From the NCBI GenBank assembly GCA_951406725.2, contig OX597822.1, forward strand, positions 24,986,001 to 25,050,000: a DNA stretch of 64,000 bases, given 5' to 3'. The notes under the pieces are model-generated. The model searched no databases. It was given only the letters and a program-made list of their open reading frames with translations, and was not told the DNA's origin. Each line of letters starts with the position of its first letter. The stretch's first letter is position 1. The DNA is from Octopus vulgaris. Taxonomy: Eukaryota. The translations under genes and the position numbers were made by a program. This document shows positions 55,973 through 64,000 of this stretch, one piece after another.

Positions 55973-56310
55973 ACTCTTTTACTCTTTTATTTGTTTCAGT
56001 TATTTGACTGTGGCCATGCTAGAGCACCGCCTTTAGTCGAGGAAATCGACCCCAAGACATATTCTTTGTAAACCTAGTACTTATTCTATCGGTCACTTTT
56101 GCCGAACCGCTAAGTTACGGGGAAGGTAAACACACCAGCATCGGTTGTCAAGCGATGTTGGGTGGACAAACACAGACACACAAGCATATACACTCACAAG
56201 GCTTTGGTTGGCCCGAGGCTATACTTGCCCAAGGTGCCACGCAGTGGGACTGAACCCGGAACCATGTATTTGGTAAGCAAGCTACTTACCACACAGCCAC
56301 TTTTACGCCA
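55973..56310 (-). mobile_element. SINE B with internal deletions
   Basis: Reverse-complement family match. Confidence 0.85.
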
Positions 56311-57627
56311 TATCTAAAATCTTTTAAGTGCTTAGGGGCTCTGTAGCCATGATGAGATTTGAACTCAGAGTACAAAGAGCCGGAAAAAATACCGCAAGAC
56401 ATTCAGTTTAATATTTTTAAAGTTATGTCAAAACATCTCACAGGATTAGTACATTCTTTTTTCGTTGATCCTAAAATGAGATAAAAAAAAAAGAAGAAAC
56501 CGTTGGCCTCTGGAGGATTTGAACTCAGACCGCAACGCGTTGGAACAAATACTACGAAGTAGTTTGTCCGACTCTCTAAACTATACTGCAAATTCAACGC
56601 CCTGAGTTCAATCCTAATCTTGGAAATTGTTATTGTTATTGCTGTTGTTTGCGCTTGTTTAGCACCAGACCGGCCATGATGGAGCAAATAACAACCAAAT
56701 CTGCATCAGATCATATTCAAACGTGTTAGAAAGAGAAGGACATTTTAGATAACGCAGTCCTGCATAAAGTATGTGTGCATAACAAGAAAAATGGGACGGT
56801 CACAGTTGGAACGTCTTTCATCAGAAGAATGCGCCATGAAACCTGCGGATAAGCAACAGCTACAGCAACAGCATCAATAGTAACAACAAGGAGCAACAAC
56901 AACAACAACAACAACAAAAACGGTAACAACATTGATAGCAACGACAATAACAGTAGCTACAAGAACAACAGCAACGGCAAAAACCACCACCACCACCACC
57001 ACCACCACCATCACCGACACCGCCATAACCAGCACTACAACCCCCCCCCCAACAACAACAATAACAACGCTAATGACAACAGCAGTAACAGCAAAAATGA
57101 GCAACACTAGCAGCTATAATAGTAACATTGACAACAACAACAACAACAGCAATAGTAACAACAGCAGCAGCAGTAGCAGTATCAGTAGCAACAACAACAA
57201 CAACAAGTCGTGTAAGTGCTTCTACGAGCAGAACCGTTGCAGAAAAGAAGCGCAGCTGCAACAATCATTAAACTGCCAGCAGCAAACATGGCACGTCGGG
57301 CAGGGGCAAACGCTCGACCTGCTAAAATACAATATTAGCAGCAAAATCTCTTTAAGAGTACACCCTACCATTGGGTAATGTAGTCCTCAATACACTGTGC
57401 CTGTGTGGTGGTGGTGGTGGTGTCTATAGTGTAGGAGGGTTTCTGAAAGAATGCCTTTGATCATAGGCCTAGTCAATAAGGACTGGTATGAGGTTGAAAA
57501 GGGAGTGGGAGGAAGATGAAAATAAGAGGGATAAGGAAGAGGAGACAGGGAGGAGGACGGGGGGGGGGAGAAAGAGAAGAATGAAGAGGAGAAGGCGGAG
57601 AAGATCAGCAATACGACTTTAGCAATA

Positions 57628-57849
57628 TATCTTTGCTACCCACAAGAGGCTAAACATAGAGGGGACAAACAAGGACAGACAAACGGATTAAGTCGATTAC
57701 ATCGATCCCAGTGAGTAACGGGTACTTAATTTATCGACCCCAAAAGGATGAAAGGCAAAGTCGACCTCGGCGGAATTTGAACTCAGAACGTAACGGCAGA
57801 CGAAAAACAGCTACACATTTCGCCCGGGGTGCAAACGATTCTGCCAGCT
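57628..57849 (-). mobile_element. Long-tail SINE A
   Basis: Family match. Confidence 0.85.
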
Positions 57850-58178
57850 TGTATCAGCATCAACTAAAACTACAACGACGAACGACAGCAGCCATCACGA
57901 GTTATCTACATCATCACTACAGAAACTGTATATAAGTAATCCCATTTGAAATCAGAATGATTTGAACAAGGGTTTGTATCAACCATTTCATCAACTGAGA
58001 GAGAAAAAATGTAATTCTTTTGCTATTAAACAATTAACCTTCAGAAAAACAACAACAGCAGCAACAATAACAATTTAGAAGAACATTCAAATCCCACAAT
58101 CAAGTCTGAAAAAACATACTGGAGCCATAAGGCGGTGCCTCAGCATCGCCGCAGTCTGATGACTGAAACAAGTAAAAG

Positions 58179-58225
<47 letters not shown>

Positions 58226-58248
58226 ACGTACACACACACACTCATATA

Positions 58249-58361
58249 ATTCTTAAACAAGAATATTGTTGACAGTGACCTCGAAGTTCCAGCGAGCTGA
58301 AACAACGCGTCGGCTTAACTTAGGCGAAAGTCACTGCCAACAATATTCCTTGTTTAAGAAT
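58249..58361. repeat. ~113-nt foldback (long hairpin)
   Basis: ATTCTTAAACAAG-AATATTGTTGACAGTGAC pairs with GTCACTGCCAACAATATTCCTTGTTTAAGAAT. Confidence 0.85.
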
Positions 58362-58469
58362 ACTGAATTTGTACTCTATAAAAGAATCAAATAACCAATC
58401 AGAAACGATGTAAAATTGTTTTTATAACTGAACATAAACACAAACATTGATAACTGAAATCTACAAGTT

Positions 58470-58629
58470 TTTCATTCTCTCTCTGTTTATTTTCTCTTAT
58501 TCCTTTCTGTAGAAGAGCGTAGGCTCGAAACGTAAAAGACATTTTCATTTTTCCCGAGCGTCAAACTAAAACACTTGCTTGTTGTTCATACACCTCTCTT
58601 CGTCTTTTGTTTTACTTTTATAAATTTCA

Positions 58630-58633
<4 letters not shown>
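58470..58633 (+). mobile_element. Penelope pLTR-like repeat with hammerhead-like motif (58503-58538)
   Basis: CUUU-CUGUAGA-A-GAGC-GUAG-GCUC-GAAAC-GUA-AAAG, ending at (TA)n. Confidence 0.65.
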
Positions 58634-58670
<37 letters not shown>

Positions 58671-58933
58671 ATAAAACGGTAAGATAACAAAAGAAAGAAA
58701 GAGACCTCAATATTATGTAAATAGAGGAAATTTATCTATACAATATGTTACAATGTAACATATTGTATAGATATATATATATATATATATATATATGAAA
58801 ACAAGTCAAAATAGAAAATGCTAAAATAATTTTATAAAGAACATTTCAGTACCGGTTTCGATATATTATATATTATATATATATTATATATATATATATA
58901 TTTATTTTAACATATTGACATGTTTATTTATAA

Positions 58934-59345
58934 CATATTGACAGATGCACAAGAAATTAAACACCGAATTTCCATATTTTTACATTATACCAATGCATAG
59001 ATTCAATCTTCTCACAAGAACGCCTAAACAAGGAAAACCTGTTCATACAAAGGTACAGACCACATCTTAATATACAAACTTGACCACCTGATCGCTACAC
59101 ATTCCTATTTCAAAATCAAATTTATTTACCACTACTCAATAATGCTGAGGAGGTAATTGTCCCCCTTGCCACCTATTGCCTCCCTTTATCCACTCTCCCC
59201 ATCCATTCTTACTTTGCGAGAAATCCAAAATGGAGTGATTCCATTGTCTCAAGGAATGATTATTTCACAATGTCCCTTGAAAAGCTTATTCAAATAGCGA
59301 AAACCGGTTGGATATTACTACATTTTATGAGACTTTTACCAGCCA
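58934..59345 (+). mobile_element. Penelope-like element 3' end: GIY-YIG C-terminus (58934-59083), 3' region and hammerhead-like motif (59269-59316)
   Basis: HIDRCTRN*TPNFHIFTLYQCIDSIFSQERLNKENLFIQRYRPHLNIQT* has the R..KE..FI....P.LN GIY-YIG terminus. Downstream: AAUGUCC-CUUGAAAA-GCU..AGC-GAAA-ACCG-GUU-GGAUAUU. Confidence 0.75.
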
Positions 59346-59354
59346 TAAAATATG

Positions 59355-59553
59355 TCTTTTACTTGTTTCAGTCATTTGTCTGTGGCCATGCTGGAGCATC
59401 GCCTTTTAGTCGAGCAAATCGACCCCAGGACTTATTCTTTGTAAGCCTAGTACTTATTCTATCGGTCTCTTTCGCCGAACCGCTAAGTTACGGGGTTGTC
59501 AAGCGATGGTGGGTGGACAAAACACAGACACACAAACATATATACACACACAC

Positions 59554-59585
<32 letters not shown>

Positions 59586-59743
59586 GACGGGCTTCTTTCA
59601 GTTTCCGTCTACCAAATCCACTCACAAGGCTTTGGTCGGCCCGACGCTATTGTAGAAGACACTTGCCCAAGGTGCCACGCAGTGGGACTGAACGCGGAAC
59701 CATGTGGTTCGTAAGCAAGCTACTTACCACACAGCCACTTCTA

Positions 59744-59748
<5 letters not shown>
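59355..59748 (-). mobile_element. SINE B, full length
   Basis: Close reverse-complement match to 29599-29980. Confidence 0.9.
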
Positions 59749-59806
<58 letters not shown>

Positions 59807-59944
59807 ATATTAAAACTATGTGAAATGGTGGCATTTTTCTTGCCCTTTTTATATATGTTCTCTACATATTTTCACTTCATAATTTTGCCACGTGGCGTAT
59901 ACTGATTCTCCAGCATTTTTGCTCCCTATGTATGTATGTATGTG

Positions 59945-60025
<81 letters not shown>

Positions 60026-60589
60026 ATATAGTAGTAAGTATGTGTTCTATTTACACTTCAGGTTGACAGCAGAGATGTTCTCTGGAGAGATGGTGGCAAA
60101 GCGTTAAGACATTGATTGAGCAGTTGTTGGTATTTCATCGTTTATTTGTGATTTATTCTCTAGCATATTCAGAAATTAGCCTTTTGTATATCAATATTTT
60201 TTATTCTCTTCATAGACTGCGAGTCATTGACATCAAATCCTGCTGCTGCTGCTGCTCCTGCTGCTATACATGTTATCGTTTAGTCGGAAGTCAAACCAGA
60301 CCGAACGGGTCTATGATTAAGGATGTTCCAGCTTTGGTCATTTATATATGTTTCTAATTTTTTACTTGCTTCGGTAATTGGACTGCGGCCATCCTGGGAC
60401 ACCGTTTTGAAGAGTTTAGTTGAACAAATTGAACCAAATACTTATTCTTGATTTTAAATCTGGTAATATTTTATTGGTTTATTTTGCCGAACCGATAAGT
60501 CATGGTGGGGACGTAAACAAACCAGTACTCGGTGTTAGGCAGTGCGTGGACTAACACACACACACACACACACACACACATCTATCTAT

Positions 60590-60663
<74 letters not shown>

Positions 60664-60711
60664 GTCTGTCTGTCTGTCTGTCTGTCTGCCTGTTTGTCTG
60701 TCTGTGTGTCA

Positions 60712-60785
<74 letters not shown>

Positions 60786-61261
60786 GTGTCTATCTATCTA
60801 TGTGTATATGCGCGCGCGTATGTGTATATGCGCGTGCGTATGTGTATATGTATGTGTGTGTGTGTGTGTTTATGTATATATATATATATATGAAATTAAA
60901 TCCTGGTAGATGGCGCTGACAGGAAAACAGCAGAATTTTACAACCTCAAGCTATATCTTACATTAAACTTAAAGTAGCGTGTGATTTCCATATGCCAAGT
61001 AAACTTTCTAGTTTCTATATTATCATGTCCCACCCCTCATCTTACTCTGTATAACTTGTAGAGTTCTGGTGAATCCAGTAGATATAAACCAGCATTTGTT
61101 AATTTTTGGCAATTTGCTAAAATCTGTCTGTTATTTCCAAAATACTTGTTATCCTTCATTTATTTTTGTTTATTTCTTTTTTTATTGAAACGCCATTTCC
61201 TTTGAGTTTATTCGGAAAGCATTTTGGGGATAATAGATTGATGCAGGCATGCGTAAATACA

Positions 61262-61320
<59 letters not shown>

Positions 61321-61489
61321 ACACGTTTCCTATTGATCGTTTTTTTCTTTTATCCCCCCCCTTTTCCTTTCCCTTCTACGATCCCTTTTGATCGAAAACC
61401 TACCCCACTTTTTTTTCTCCCCAAAATGAAAAGCTCTACTTTGTAATCTGTCCCGTCTGTGTGCAGCCCTGTGTGGCTAATAAAGAAAC
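61321..61489 (+). mobile_element. 5'-truncated retroposon 3' end embedded in (TATC)n
   Basis: Homologous to 33781-34110. Ends GCAGCCCTGTGTGGCTAATAAAGAAAC, with (TATC)n on both sides. Confidence 0.75.
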
Positions 61490-61490
61490 A

Positions 61491-61572
<82 letters not shown>

Positions 61573-61893
61573 CACATTTATACACACACACAGTCACGCA
61601 CACACACAAACAAACATACACCGCCCCGCCCCATACACACGCAAATTACTTGGGCTGTTTTCTTACAAAAGATAATAAGAATTTAAGGTGTGATTCCCAC
61701 CTACAGCAAAAACACTAAACGGATATATCGAAGGAAATAAACCAGCACGAATACAAGTCTGAAAATGTATAACCCACCATTGGACATGCTCTCCACATGC
61801 TCGCACTATCCACAAACCCCCAACAGCCCTGAAAACTTCTCTCCAAAATGCATAATTCCCGTGAGCGTTCAAGCTCAATATATCTATACCTTA

Positions 61894-62272
61894 GGCGGCG
61901 AGCTGGCAGAAACGTTAGCACGCCGGGCGAAATGCTAAGCGGTATTTCGTCTGCCGCTACGTTCTGAGTTCAAATTCCGCTGAAGTAGACTTTGCCTTTC
62001 ATCCTTTCGGGGTTGATTAAATAAGTACCAGATACGCACTGGGGTCGATATAATCGACTTAATCCGTTTGTCTGTCCTTGTTTGCCCTCTATGTGTTTCG
62101 CCCCTTGTGGGTAGTAAAGAAATAGGTATTCCGTCTGCGGCTACGTTCCAAGTTCAAATTCCGCCCAGGTCGACTTTGCATTTCATGCTTTCGGTTGCGT
62201 ACTGGGGTCAATCTAGTCGACTGGCCCCCTCCCCCAAAATTTGGGGCTTTGTACCTAGTGTAAAAAAGAATA
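61894..62272 (+). mobile_element. SINE A dimer: long-tail unit followed by a headless short-tail unit
   Basis: Junction AAAGAAATA|GGTATTCCGTCTG at ~62124. Confidence 0.85.
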
Positions 62273-62483
62273 TATTTATACCTATAATATGGCCCAATGC
62301 AATTAAATACTCGCTCCTCGACTCCAGATTTATATTCTAATAAATAGTGACATTAAAAGTCTGATTCATTTCGCTCTTAGACTTAGTGTCATCATAGCGC
62401 GCGAAGTAGCCGTGTGTGGTTGTCTCTAATGACGATGATTGAGATAATTTTGCTGAATGTAACGATATAATAATGAATAACGA

Positions 62484-62524
<41 letters not shown>

Positions 62525-62772
62525 GTGCGTACGCTATATATGGGACAAGAACATCCAGACGGTTAGGTGATACAAGAAATGGACAGCATGTATATGTGTG
62601 TGTGTGTGTGTGTGTCTGCATGTGTTTGTTTGTGACTGCTTGACAATCGGTGTTGGTGAGTGTGTCCCCGTAACTAGTGGTTCGGCAAAAGGGATCGATT
62701 CATTTGATTAGAAATTCAAGGCGGTGCCCCAGAATGGCCGCAGTCTAATGACTGAAACAAGTAAGAACGTAA

Positions 62773-62829
<57 letters not shown>

Positions 62830-62831
<2 letters not shown>

Positions 62832-63344
62832 CTGGAGACATTCCAGAAGTTTTGAGACCATTTTAGAACTAGTTATAACTGTCCTTGATTATTGCAATTT
62901 TATCTTATAATTGCTGTACGTCTAATTAGCTGACCTGCTAACGTTCTTTTTATTCTAGATTGAAGGAGAAGGCTGTAACAACATTTTGAACATTCCCTAC
63001 TAAACATTGCTTGTTACAATTCCATCCTGGTAACCAACAATTTGACAGAGATGGGAGTCAAAACTGTCCTTCACCCTCCCAACAGTTCACACTTCGCTCC
63101 CTGTAACTTTATTTGTTCCCCAAGCTGAAGAAGACATTGAGAAGATGGAGTTTCAGAACAAATGTCTTGAACACAATCACTTTGGAGGACTTCCTTGGGG
63201 GCCTTCACACGATGATTGGAGCACTACAACAACTGCATTGAAGTCAGAGCATCTTACTTTGAAGGTGATTTGAATTTTGTACTTCTATCAAACTAATAAA
63301 TGTCTCTCCTGAAAAATTTCAAACCTTTGGTAATGTACCGCGTA
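62830..63344 (+). mobile_element. Internally deleted mariner DNA transposon (transposase C-terminal remnant ~63018-63270)
   Basis: SILVTNNLTEMGVKTVLHPPNSSHFAPCNF/LFPKLKKTLRRWSF matches the mariner HPPYSPDLAPCDF.LFPKLK motif; the end reads ...CIEVRASYFEGD. Degenerate TIR-like ends. Confidence 0.8.
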
Positions 63345-63847
63345 CACATACAAACACATACACGCACAAATAATAATAAACCACAGTTGACTGTGACGTT
63401 TATTTCATTAAGAGTTTACCACTCATCTATAAGAAAAGTGACAAGATATAATACGTCCAAAACAACGATCAAACAAGTTATTTCACTCTTTTCAAACCAC
63501 ATCTAATAATTCGGTAATAAGTCTACCATAATTCAAATGGCGGCGTTGGGATGAAGCGACTTATATTACAAATCCCTTCAGTATAGCCAACTTAGTTATA
63601 CAAAACTCGGTTCCATAATTAATTGCTAGAAAATCTTTGAAAACATGGAAAACCTCTCGGGTGTCGACATCAAAAGATGTACTTTGTGTACTTTGTAGTA
63701 TAATATATACAAAAAATAATCTCGCTTTAATGTTTATCGGATGATGGAGGAAGCGTGAACACCAGACGAGAGTATTTGAAATTATTTGTGAGTAAAATTT
63801 TTTAAATACGCGACTAATGCATATGTTACGTATACATATAGAAATTC

Positions 63848-63878
<31 letters not shown>

Positions 63879-64000
63879 CATACATACATACATACATACA
63901 TACATACATACATACGTACATACATACATACACATGAATAAACATACATACATATACATATATGTGTATGTCTCTTACATATACAAACGTAGAGACATAC

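Noticed and set aside
56932-57378. 148-aa T/N/S/Q-rich ORF
   Set aside because: Derived from (CAA/CAC/CAG)n trinucleotide repeats running into repeat family E.

Overview
Eukaryotic, AT-rich, non-coding DNA dominated by microsatellites ((TA)n, (CA)n, (TACA)n, (TATC)n, (TTA)n, (GA)n) and short retroposons. The repeat content resembles octopus/coleoid genomes (inference from recalled repeat families; not searched). I find no host exon I can support, and nearly all ORFs in the track are microsatellite or SINE artefacts. Supported content: several tRNA-derived SINE families (labelled A-D here) plus an old repeat (E); decayed coding fragments of a Tx1/L1-clade LINE (53.8-54.4 kb), an R4/Dong-type LINE (47.2-47.5 kb), a Penelope GIY-YIG end (58.9-59.3 kb) and a mariner transposase (63.0-63.3 kb); a hAT-type MITE; and an RTE-derived non-autonomous element with TSDs. 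Two signals stand out. (1) One form of SINE A, a (TATC)n-embedded element and the Tx1 fragment share a 3' tail with a covarying stem-loop before AATAAAGAAA, suggesting a Tx1-mobilised SINE/LINE system. (2) At least six minimal type I hammerhead-like motifs with non-canonical cores occur in Penelope-type repeats. Coordinates were counted by hand, and the edges of degenerate repeats are approximate.
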